A stretch of DNA of 64,000 bases from Deltaproteobacteria bacterium (GTDB lineage: Bacteria > Desulfobacterota > Desulfobaccia > Desulfobaccales > 0-14-0-80-60-11): the NCBI GenBank assembly GCA_030018495.1, contig JASEFS010000019.1:7664-71663 (forward strand). Reading direction: 5' to 3'. Of this stretch, positions 17,369 to 25,908 are shown one piece after another. The notes below the pieces were generated by a model. That model was not told where the DNA came from. It saw only the letters and a list, made by a program, of their open reading frames with translations, and made no database searches. The first letter of the stretch is position 1. Each line of letters starts with the position of its first letter. Position numbers and translations under genes: made by a program.

Positions 17369-19933
17369 ATGTTTAAATTTCTGCGCCGGTTTTTGAGAGA
17401 AGAGCAAGACCCTCAGGTTCTGTTGCGGGAGAAGTTTCACCATTTTCGCATCCTTCTGGAAAGCAACAACCAGGTCCTCAGCCTCATGGCGGACATGGAG
17501 GAGAAGGCCTCCGGCGACTACCTCTTCGACGCCGGTTATTTAAAGAGCCGGGTGGGCCAATTGGGCACCCAAGTGGCCCGCATCATCCAGGAACTCGGTC
17601 ATCTCACCGACAACCGCTACCCGGAGCTGGTCCCCATCCATCAGGAAATCCTGGCCGCCATCCTGGCCGAATTAGCTGCGACCCGGGAAATTCCTGCTAC
17701 CCCGTGGGTGCTGCCGTTGGCACAATTGGCCAAAGAGTCGGCTCCTGCGGTCGGCGCCAAGATGGCCAATCTGGGGGAAATTCAAAACCGCTTGGGGATT
17801 CGGGTGCCCCGAGGTTTCGCGGTGACCGCCGCGGCCTACCGGCATTTTCTGGAGGAATCCGGCCTGACCGCGCTCCTGGAGGAACGTTTGGACCAGGCGC
17901 GCATCGACGACTTGGAGTCCCTGGAGCAGATCAGCCGGGAAGTGCAGGAACTGGTGCGCCGGGCGCCGCTGCCGCCGGACCTGGAGGAGGCCCTCCGCCA
18001 GGCCGCGGCCACACTGGCCGGAGGCCGGCTGGCCGTGCGGTCCAGCGCGGTGGGCGAAGACACGGATTATTCCTTTGCCGGCCAGTTCCACACCCTGCTG
18101 AATGTGGACGCCGCGGACCTGCCGGTTCATTACAAGGAAGTGGTGGCCAGCAAGTTCCGGCCCCGGGCCGTATATTACTGGAAATATCGGCAGTTCTCCT
18201 TGGGCGAGGTGCCCATGGCGGTGGGCTGCCTGGTTATGGTGCCGGCCCGGGTCAGCGGCATTATGTTCAGCCGCGACCCCCACGCACCGGAGGCGGACGT
18301 CGTGATCGTCAACGCGGTCTGGGGATTGGGGAAGTACGCGGTGGACGGCACCATCACCCCGGATTTTTATAAGGTGGCCCGGAGCAAGCCGTTCGGCGTC
18401 TTGGAGCAGCGGGTAGTCGTCAAGCCGGTGGCTTTGATTTGTGAAGCTGCCGGCGGGTGCCGCTCGGCAACGATGCCCCCCGAACAGGCGGCGTCCGCCT
18501 GCCTCACGCCGGCGCAGCTTGAGGCCCTGGCTGAGATCGCGGTGAATCTGGAGGCTCATTTCGGGCGGCCCCAGGACATTGAGTGGGCCATCGACGAGCA
18601 GGGCGAAATCATTATCCTGCAAACCCGCCCCCTGCGCGTCAGCGCCCCGGCCTTCGGCGAGGCTGGCCGGGAGCCGGTTTTGGAGCTGCCGCCGCCTCTA
18701 TTAAGCTGCGGCATCCGGGCCTCCGGCGGTGCGGCCGCAGGTCCGGTCTTTCACTTGGAGACTGAGGAAGACATCAAAGATATCCCGCCGGGGGCCGTGG
18801 TGGTGGCGCGTCAATCCAGCGCCCGCCTCGTCCTGGTCATGGACAAGATCAGCGCCATCGTCACCGAAATCGGCGGGCCCACGGACCACATGTCCATTCT
18901 GGCCCGGGAGTTCAAAGTGCCGGCTTTGGCGGAGGTCAAGGGCGCCATGCAAACCCTGAAGCCCGGCCTGGTGGTGACCGTGGACGCCGATACCGCCGAA
19001 ATTTATCCGGGTGTGGTGCGTGACCTGTTGGAGCGCCGCCAACGAACCGACAAGATCATGCAGGACCATCCGGATCTGCAAAAGCTGACCGCAATCCTCA
19101 AAAAGACCGTCCCGCTTAACCTGGTGGACCCGAGCAGCCCCGAATTTCAGGCGAAAAACTGCCGCACCTTCCACGACATCACCCGGTTCAGCCACGAAAA
19201 GGCTATGGACGCCATGTTCTTTCTGGACGTGGAAGAAGCCGTGACCGCGGGCGGCGTTTGCCGCTTGAAGACGGAATTGCCCCTCAACATCTTCATTCTC
19301 GACCTGGGCGGCGGTTTGAGAGTGAGCGGTCAGGCTGCCGTAACCGAGGACGATATTTCCTCCCGGCCATTCCGGGCGCTCCTCCGGGGCTTTCACCACC
19401 CTGAGGTGCGCTGGGCCGGCCAGGTGGCCCCGGACCTCAAAGGCTTCATCTCGGTCTGGGCCAACACCATGTACGATATGGCCAAGCACGAGCGGGGTCT
19501 GGGCGGGAAAAGCTTCGCCATCATCACGGAGAACTACCTCAATTTCAACTCCCGCCTGGGCTACCATTTCGGCTTGGTGGACGCTTATCTTTCCGAGGAA
19601 CGCAACGACAACTATATCAGCTTCCAGTTCAAGGGCGGGGCGGCCAGCGTGGACCGCCGGGAGCGCCGGGCCCGGCTGCTGGAGAAAATCCTCAGCAGCC
19701 TGGGTTTCAAGGTCCAGATCACCGGCGACCTGGTCCAGGGACGTCTGGCCAAGTACTCGGCCGCGGACAGCGAAGAGATGCTGGAGATGACCGGGCTGGT
19801 CATGGCCTTTGCCCGGCAGTTGGACCTGGCTTTGTCTTCCGAAGCCGTGGTCGACCGCTGCCTGGCAGCCTTTAAGGCCAAGGATTACGGGTTAAGCTGC
19901 CTGCGCCCTGATGATGCGGCTCGTGGTAACTAA
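17369..19933 (+). CDS. PEP synthase-like dikinase, paralog 3
   Basis: GAKMANLGE, VRSSAVGED..FAGQF, PQDIEWA, GGPTDHMSILARE, NFNSRLGYH. Confidence 0.9.
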   Translation: MFKFLRRFLREEQDPQVLLREKFHHFRILLESNNQVLSLMADMEEKASGDYLFDAGYLKSRVGQLGTQVARIIQELGHLTDNRYPELVPIHQEILAAILAELAATREIPATPWVLPLAQLAKESAPAVGAKMANLGEIQNRLGIRVPRGFAVTAAAYRHFLEESGLTALLEERLDQARIDDLESLEQISREVQELVRRAPLPPDLEEALRQAAATLAGGRLAVRSSAVGEDTDYSFAGQFHTLLNVDAADLPVHYKEVVASKFRPRAVYYWKYRQFSLGEVPMAVGCLVMVPARVSGIMFSRDPHAPEADVVIVNAVWGLGKYAVDGTITPDFYKVARSKPFGVLEQRVVVKPVALICEAAGGCRSATMPPEQAASACLTPAQLEALAEIAVNLEAHFGRPQDIEWAIDEQGEIIILQTRPLRVSAPAFGEAGREPVLELPPPLLSCGIRASGGAAAGPVFHLETEEDIKDIPPGAVVVARQSSARLVLVMDKISAIVTEIGGPTDHMSILAREFKVPALAEVKGAMQTLKPGLVVTVDADTAEIYPGVVRDLLERRQRTDKIMQDHPDLQKLTAILKKTVPLNLVDPSSPEFQAKNCRTFHDITRFSHEKAMDAMFFLDVEEAVTAGGVCRLKTELPLNIFILDLGGGLRVSGQAAVTEDDISSRPFRALLRGFHHPEVRWAGQVAPDLKGFISVWANTMYDMAKHERGLGGKSFAIITENYLNFNSRLGYHFGLVDAYLSEERNDNYISFQFKGGAASVDRRERRARLLEKILSSLGFKVQITGDLVQGRLAKYSAADSEEMLEMTGLVMAFARQLDLALSSEAVVDRCLAAFKAKDYGLSCLRPDDAARGN

Positions 19934-20022
19934 CCGCTTGCAGTTCTCTTTTCTCTCATGTTTCAATCTCATTGCATGGGAAGATGTTGCAAAAAGTAAC
20001 GGTAATTATTAATAAAAAGGGC

Positions 20023-20052
20023 TTGACAACTTCGTGAAAGATTTAACATACT
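20023..20052 (+). promoter_or_regulatory. sigma70-type promoter overlapped by a Rex-like box
   Basis: TTGACA (20023) -N18- CATACT; TCGTGAA-AGAT-TTAACAT at 20032-20049 (11/14 to Rex consensus). Confidence 0.5.
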
Positions 20053-20083
20053 AAGCGAATATTTTGGGTTGGGAGGAATGCGC

Positions 20084-21025
20084 ATGGAAATCTATCTTCC
20101 CATTGCCGGGATGAGTCTCAACTTTTTCCTTGTCATCGGCATTGGTGCGGTGGTGGGTTTTCTTTCGGGTCTATTCGGGGTGGGAGGCGGCTTTCTGCTA
20201 ACGCCCTTGATGATGATGATCGGCATACCACCGGCGGTGGCTGCGGCCTCGGATTCCAATCAGATTGTGGCGGCGGCCAGTTCCGGGGCTTTCGCCCACT
20301 GGCGCCTGGGTAATGTGGATTTCAAGCTGGGCCTGATCATTTTGGCGGGCGGCATCTTCGGCGGCACCATCGGCGTGCAGCTTGTGTATTATCTGCGTCA
20401 GGTCGGCAATTTTGAATTCGTTATGAAAGTAGTGTATGTGCTCATGCTGGGGCTGGTGGGCGGCGCCATGTTCATGGAGAGCCTGCGCACCATCATGCGC
20501 AGCCGCAGGCCGGCGTCAGATCCGGTGGTGGTGGAATCCGCCCAGCCAAAACTATCCAGGATGTTTGACAGGCTGCCCCTGAAAATGCACTTCCATCGCT
20601 CGGGCTTGCACACCTCGGCCATTTTTCCCTTTTCCATCGGCACCACCGTGGGCATCATGGCGGCTCTGCTGGGCGTGGGCGGCGGGTTTATCATGGTGCC
20701 GGCCATGATCTACATCATCGGCATGCCCACCATCGTAGCCATCGGCACCGACTTGTTCCAGATTGTGCTCACTTCGGCCAACGTCACGCTTCAACAGGCG
20801 TTTGTCAATAAAACGGTGGACCTGCTCCTGGCGCTGGTGCTTCTTTTCGGCTCCACTATCGGCGCCCAGTTCGGGGCCATGGCGGGCAAGCGTCTAAAAG
20901 GCGAGCAGATCCGGATCCTCCTGGCAATCATCGTTTTGGCCATGACCGTGAAGCTCTTCCTGGATTTGGTCCTGACTCCGGAACATTTGGTCAGTCTGGC
21001 CCCTGCCAAGGGAGGAGGACACTGA
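20084..21025 (+). CDS. TSUP family transporter (TauE/SafE)
   Basis: MEIYLPIA, SGLFGVGGGFLLTP, LGVGGGFIMVP, AIGTDLFQ. Start ATG 20084 after GGGAGG. Confidence 0.92.
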   Translation: MEIYLPIAGMSLNFFLVIGIGAVVGFLSGLFGVGGGFLLTPLMMMIGIPPAVAAASDSNQIVAAASSGAFAHWRLGNVDFKLGLIILAGGIFGGTIGVQLVYYLRQVGNFEFVMKVVYVLMLGLVGGAMFMESLRTIMRSRRPASDPVVVESAQPKLSRMFDRLPLKMHFHRSGLHTSAIFPFSIGTTVGIMAALLGVGGGFIMVPAMIYIIGMPTIVAIGTDLFQIVLTSANVTLQQAFVNKTVDLLLALVLLFGSTIGAQFGAMAGKRLKGEQIRILLAIIVLAMTVKLFLDLVLTPEHLVSLAPAKGGGH

Positions 21026-21026
21026 G

Positions 21027-21824
21027 ATGAAACGGCTTGTCATAATCCTGGCTGCAGTCAGTCTCATGGGCCTGGTCGCCGGAAGGGCCTGGTCAATCAG
21101 CCCCGAAGCACAGAACAAAGTGGTCACCGCGGCTTCCAAGAACGTGATTCAGATCGGGCTTTCCTACCGGGGCGACGAAATTCACTTTTTCGGCGTCAAC
21201 CCGGTGCCGGGGGCCGACGTGATTACCCGGCTGACCGCAGAAAAAGAAGAGGTGATCAAACTCTCCATGAAGGGGAAGGTGGGGCCTTTCTGGATGACGG
21301 TCAAACAGTACGAAGTCACCGGAGCCCCTTTTATTTACAAGATTCACGCCAACAAACCCATCGGGGAAATAATCTCCGAGGAAACCGCCCGGGAACTGGA
21401 AATCGGCTATCCGGCCATTAAAAACAGGATGAAGATGCATTTGGTGCGCGGCCAGGCCGCGCCCGGCGATGCGGATAAGGTCTTCGAGGGCCTGGTCAAC
21501 ATCAAGGAATCGGATAATCTCTATAACATTGTGGAAGATCCCCGGCGCCTGGAAATCGAGGAAGGCAAATTATTCAAACACTATTTCCGCTTTCCCCCTA
21601 AAGCCACCGAAGGCAGCTACCAGGTGGAAACCTTCGCTTTTCAAAACGGCGAACTGGTGGGTTACGGTAAGGATGTAATCGAGATCAAGAAAGTGGGGCT
21701 GGAGAGCTGGCTGACGAAAACCTCCCAGGAGTCCCCGGTGTTTTATGGCATCATGGCGGTGCTCATCGCCATGGGGGCCGGCTTGGGAGTGGGCATGATT
21801 TTCCGGAAGGGAGGGCACCATTAA
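21027..21824 (+). CDS. TIGR02186-like membrane-anchored protein (TSUP partner)
   Basis: Signal peptide, KGKVGPFWM, KKVGLE, C-terminal YG...TM; usual neighbour of this TSUP subfamily. Confidence 0.75.
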   Translation: MKRLVIILAAVSLMGLVAGRAWSISPEAQNKVVTAASKNVIQIGLSYRGDEIHFFGVNPVPGADVITRLTAEKEEVIKLSMKGKVGPFWMTVKQYEVTGAPFIYKIHANKPIGEIISEETARELEIGYPAIKNRMKMHLVRGQAAPGDADKVFEGLVNIKESDNLYNIVEDPRRLEIEEGKLFKHYFRFPPKATEGSYQVETFAFQNGELVGYGKDVIEIKKVGLESWLTKTSQESPVFYGIMAVLIAMGAGLGVGMIFRKGGHH

Positions 21825-22294
21825 TGGCTGCGGAACATGGTAAGCATATCGTGGCGGCGGTGGATGGTTCGGCGCCCTCTTGGGAAGCTTTCGAAACCGC
21901 GGTGACGTTGGCGAAGTTGATGAACCGCCCGGTGGACGTGCTTCACGTCATTCAACTGGTGAAGGCCGGGTACTTCGCGTTTATCGATCGGCATCTGCAG
22001 GAAGAGCATGAGGCTATGGCCCGCAAGATTTTGGATGAGGCAGTGGAGCGGGGCAAAAAAGCCGGGGTGGAAGTGAGCCCCCACATGCTGACCACCGAAA
22101 AGGACCCCAGCAGCGCCATCCTGGAATATCTGGAACAGGCCGGAGAGGTAAAGTTTCTGGTGATGGGCACTTTCGGCCACGGCTTCGTGGCCCGGCATCT
22201 CCTGGGCTCGGTGACCGAGCGGGTCATCCGCGAGGTGGCTCACCGGGGTCTCAAAGTGCCGGTGCTTATCGTGCCCGGAGAAGGGGCCGATTAG
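21824..22294 (+). CDS. Universal stress protein
   Basis: HIVAAVDGS...LVMGTFG...LLGSVTERV...PVLIVP. Confidence 0.92.
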   Translation: MAAEHGKHIVAAVDGSAPSWEAFETAVTLAKLMNRPVDVLHVIQLVKAGYFAFIDRHLQEEHEAMARKILDEAVERGKKAGVEVSPHMLTTEKDPSSAILEYLEQAGEVKFLVMGTFGHGFVARHLLGSVTERVIREVAHRGLKVPVLIVPGEGAD

Positions 22295-22335
22295 CCGGAA
22301 AACAGCCTGTCCGGCTTAGACACGCCTGATAAACG

Positions 22336-22370
22336 CTCCTCTCGCCCATGCGGTGAGGGGAGTTTTTTTT
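22336..22370 (+). terminator. Rho-independent terminator
   Basis: CTCCTCTCGCC-catgc-GGTGAGGGGAG followed by T8. Confidence 0.75.
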
Positions 22371-22388
22371 GCCGGAAAAAGCAACCGT

Positions 22389-23006
22389 TTAAAAAGTCGA
22401 AGCGATTACTTCCACCCGGCCATCCTTCATGTGGTATTTGCTTACCACCAGATGAAGGAGGTTGCGGGCCAGGGCCTCGTCAATGATGCTGCTTTCCCGC
22501 CGCAAGGTTTCTTGCAGGGACGCGATGAACTCAATGGTGGCCGTTTCCACCAGGTCGCGGCCGGTCTTGCCGGTAGCTCGCACCCGGTTCGCCGCCGGGG
22601 CGATCTGGCGCACAATCGCGGAAATATGGCCTTCGTCAAGGTCGGGATGCTCCACGGCTGCGGTCACCGCGCCGCAGCATTCGTGTCCCTTGATTACCAG
22701 CAGAGGCACATGCAGATGGGCTACCGCGTATTCCAGACTGCCGATGGTGGTGGGATCCAGGGTCAAGCCGGCGCTCCGCACCACAAACAGGTCACCCAGG
22801 CTCTGGTCAAAGATGATTTCGGCCGGCACCCGGGAATCGGAGCAGCACAGGACCGCTGCCATGGGCTTTTGTCCTCTGTGCAGACTGCGCCTTAGATCCA
22901 GAAGGTTCCGTCCCATGAAAAAACCCTGGGCAAAGCGCATGTTACCTTCGATAAGCCTTTGCCAAACCTGCTTTCCCTCCAAGGTCTGATTGATGGCGTG
23001 AGACAT
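22389..23006 (-). CDS. Beta-class carbonic anhydrase
   Basis: CSDSRVP, GDLFVVR.AG, GSLEYA, GHECCGAV zinc ligands; AGGAG RBS before ATG 23006. Confidence 0.93.
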   Translation of the reverse strand: MSHAINQTLEGKQVWQRLIEGNMRFAQGFFMGRNLLDLRRSLHRGQKPMAAVLCCSDSRVPAEIIFDQSLGDLFVVRSAGLTLDPTTIGSLEYAVAHLHVPLLVIKGHECCGAVTAAVEHPDLDEGHISAIVRQIAPAANRVRATGKTGRDLVETATIEFIASLQETLRRESSIIDEALARNLLHLVVSKYHMKDGRVEVIASTF

Positions 23007-23117
23007 GTTTATAAACTCCTGCACCAGGGGAAGGGTGAAAGTTCATAGGGTAATTGCCAGCAGGCTTTAGCCTTGATCTGGCGAACGCGGCAAGTGCGGC
23101 TTGCACGAAGCCGAAGC

Positions 23118-23189
23118 TTACTTTCAGCAGCCTCCGGTGGCGATCACGAGGACCACCACGGCAAGCAGGATCAGAAATATCCACATCAT
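23118..23189 (-). CDS. Candidate 23-aa single-TM selenopeptide MMWIFLILLAVVVLVIATGGC(U)K (21 aa if UGA is a stop)
   Basis: AAGGA RBS just after the RR stop; hydrophobic helix; GGA GGC TGC TGA AAG TAA; SECIS-like hairpin downstream. Confidence 0.55.
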
Positions 23190-23205
23190 TGTCGGGTTCC
23201 TTCGG

Positions 23206-23625
23206 TTACGGAGTGGTGGCTTCCAACCTTTTTTTCAGCTCCTTGTTCTGGCGCACCATCTCCCGCCAGCGCATGGCCTTGTCGATGGCCAGCAGGATCT
23301 GCTCTTTGCGGAAAGGCTTGGTGATGAAGTCGAAAGCCCCTTTAGCCATGGCTTCTTCAGCCGACTCCAGGGAGCCGTAGGCGGTAATCACCATGACCAA
23401 CAGGTCTTCATCTTTTTTCTTGGCCGCCTCCAGGAGCTCCATGCCGTCCATGCCGGGCATCTTGAGATCGGTGAGAACCAGGTCAAACTGCTCCTTGTCC
23501 AGCAGCTCCGAGGCTTCCATGGGGTTGTTGGTGATCGATACCTGGTGGTCGGTGTAGCCTTCCACCATCATCTTAAGCAGGGTCAACATATCGAGTTCGT
23601 CGTCAACAGCCAGAATACGTCCCAT
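23206..23625 (-). CDS. Stand-alone response regulator
   Basis: ILAVDDE, TDLKMP, ITAYG, ITKPF; paralog of 16921-17331. Confidence 0.93.
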   Translation of the reverse strand: MGRILAVDDELDMLTLLKMMVEGYTDHQVSITNNPMEASELLDKEQFDLVLTDLKMPGMDGMELLEAAKKKDEDLLVMVITAYGSLESAEEAMAKGAFDFITKPFRKEQILLAIDKAMRWREMVRQNKELKKRLEATTP

Positions 23626-23640
23626 GCTTGCAGGACCTCC

Positions 23641-25902
23641 TCAATTGGCAGCTCGCCGGCCGCTGGCCGCGGCCGGGATTTCAGTTGCCGGCGGCAGAGA
23701 CACAAAAAAAGAGGTGCCGCTTTCGCCGGGGGCCTCTTTTTTCGTGCGGGTTTCGAAACGGATGCGGCCGCCGCATTTCTCAATGATGGCGTAACTCACG
23801 GAAAGGCCCAAACCAGTGCCTTCGCCCACCTTTTTGGTGGTGAAAAAAGGATCAAAAATCCGGTCCACATACTCTTTAGGAATACCTGTGCCGGTGTCGG
23901 CAACCATGGCCTCCACCATGCGGGTATCCGGATTGATGCGGGTGCTGATGGTAAGTTTGCCGCCGTCGGGCATGGCGGCGATGGCGTTGGTGATGAGATT
24001 CAGGAAAACTTGTTGCATTTCTCCCGCATCGCCTCTCACCTTGGGGAGTCCGGGGGTCAGGCGCAGGTCCAAGTCAATTTTTTTGGTCAACAAGGTGTTT
24101 TGCACCAACTTGAGAACGTTTTCCATTTCCTGATTCAGGTCGCAGAATTCATCATGCCGGGTAGGCTGGCGGGCAAAGGTCATCAGGTTTTCCACGATGC
24201 GCTTGCAGTTGAGGCCCTGCCGCTCGATGGTCTTCAACATTTCATATTCTTTGCTGTCCGGAGGAGTGCGGTCCAGGAGCATCTCGGTGAAGCCCAGCAT
24301 GATGCCCACCGGGTTATTGATTTCATGGGCCACACCCGCAGCCAGGGTGCCGATGGAGGCAAGCTTTTCCGTGCGCACCATTTGCTGTTCCATGCGCTGG
24401 CGCTCGGTCATATCCCGGGCGAATACCAGCACCCGCTCCACGGCGCGGCCGTCTTCCCCGTAAAGGGGGACCATATGGGTGGAGAGCCAATAGGTCCGTC
24501 CCCGTATGCGCACTTCGCCCCGGCTTTCGTGATTTCTGCCCGTGGTGACTACATAATTGACATTGTTAAGCATGGCCTCGGCGTCCTCGGGAGCCAGGAA
24601 ATCCATAATGGATCTACCCCGAAGGGCTTGGGCCGGCATGTTGAAAGCTCGGGCCGCGGCGGTGTTGGCCCGCATGATCCGCCCCTGATTGTCCAACAGC
24701 AGAATAAAATCCGGGGAGCGCTCCACCACGGAACGGTACCGCTCCTCGCTGCGCTTGAGGTCCACGGTGGCCTTGTCCACGGCTTTCTGCAGCTCGTCCG
24801 TCCAGCGCCGCTCGTAATAAATAATGGCCATCCCCATGAGCAGCAGGGCGAAGATGAGCAAGCCCTGAATCAGGAACTGGCGAATGTATAAGGAAGAGAT
24901 GGTGCCTGCCACCTCATCGGTGGGGGCCACCACCGCCACCGGCCAGATCCTTACATTCGGCAGGTCTTCATGATGAAGGTCCCGGGGGCCTTGCTGTTCT
25001 ACATGAGCGTGGCTGTAAGCCAGAAATTTTTCCATGCGCTGGATGACTCCCCGGTGCCATCCCGAATAGTATCTGGCCGTGCCCTCATACCCGGCAAGCA
25101 TGCGGGTTTTCTGGATTTCATTAATCTTATCAAAGCTGATGGCCGGGTTGCGCTTGCCCCGGGCGGTGAAGGCGTCCTCGCCGATAAATTCCCGTTCCGG
25201 GTGGTAGAGAAAAATGCCCTGCTGATTGATGATCCAACAGTACCCGCTCCGGCCGGAGCGGATTTCCCGGGCATAGTGGCCGGTAAAGGCGCTGACGTCC
25301 ACCTTGAAAAAGAGCACGCCGTCAAACCCGCCGGGAGGCTTGGGATGCGATTCGTCCACGCTCTCCAGATATATCGGCGTAGCGATGGTCATAAAAGGAA
25401 TTTTAACTGTGCCCTTGGGTTCAACCTGTATCTTTGACTGATATATCTGGCCCTTATTGACAGGGTTATGGGCCCAGACAACTTCGGGCATTTGAGAGAA
25501 GCTCTCATCTGTATACACATGGGGCCCGCTGGCATCCAAAAGGTAAGCCACATGACCATCGTGGCGGATGCGGACGATGGCGGTCACGCCCAGGCGGGAG
25601 AGCTCGCCGAAGCTGACCTGCATGCGGTTGGACCAAGCCACTTCCTCCAAATACTGAACGGCAGGAGAATAGGCGAGAATCTTCAGCTCCCGGCGCAGAA
25701 AAGCCAGGCCGTCCTCGATTTGCCGGGCCGCGGTCCGGGCCAGGATAAGCTGCTGCTGCTGAAAGTCGTCGGCTACAATGTCCTGGGTGCGCTTCAGCGA
25801 CCAAAAGCCCAGGATAAAGGCCACCGCTAACAGGACCACCACCAGGAGCCCCAGAAGCTTGATGACCCGGTTGAAGCCGATTTTTTCAATAGGGTTGATC
25901 AT
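23641..25902 (-). CDS. Membrane sensor histidine kinase (Cache-PAS-HisKA-HATPase)
   Basis: Paralog of 14589-16898 ([36 protein letters not shown]). Confidence 0.95.
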   Translation of the reverse strand: MINPIEKIGFNRVIKLLGLLVVVLLAVAFILGFWSLKRTQDIVADDFQQQQLILARTAARQIEDGLAFLRRELKILAYSPAVQYLEEVAWSNRMQVSFGELSRLGVTAIVRIRHDGHVAYLLDASGPHVYTDESFSQMPEVVWAHNPVNKGQIYQSKIQVEPKGTVKIPFMTIATPIYLESVDESHPKPPGGFDGVLFFKVDVSAFTGHYAREIRSGRSGYCWIINQQGIFLYHPEREFIGEDAFTARGKRNPAISFDKINEIQKTRMLAGYEGTARYYSGWHRGVIQRMEKFLAYSHAHVEQQGPRDLHHEDLPNVRIWPVAVVAPTDEVAGTISSLYIRQFLIQGLLIFALLLMGMAIIYYERRWTDELQKAVDKATVDLKRSEERYRSVVERSPDFILLLDNQGRIMRANTAAARAFNMPAQALRGRSIMDFLAPEDAEAMLNNVNYVVTTGRNHESRGEVRIRGRTYWLSTHMVPLYGEDGRAVERVLVFARDMTERQRMEQQMVRTEKLASIGTLAAGVAHEINNPVGIMLGFTEMLLDRTPPDSKEYEMLKTIERQGLNCKRIVENLMTFARQPTRHDEFCDLNQEMENVLKLVQNTLLTKKIDLDLRLTPGLPKVRGDAGEMQQVFLNLITNAIAAMPDGGKLTISTRINPDTRMVEAMVADTGTGIPKEYVDRIFDPFFTTKKVGEGTGLGLSVSYAIIEKCGGRIRFETRTKKEAPGESGTSFFVSLPPATEIPAAASGRRAAN

Positions 25903-25908
25903 ATTATT

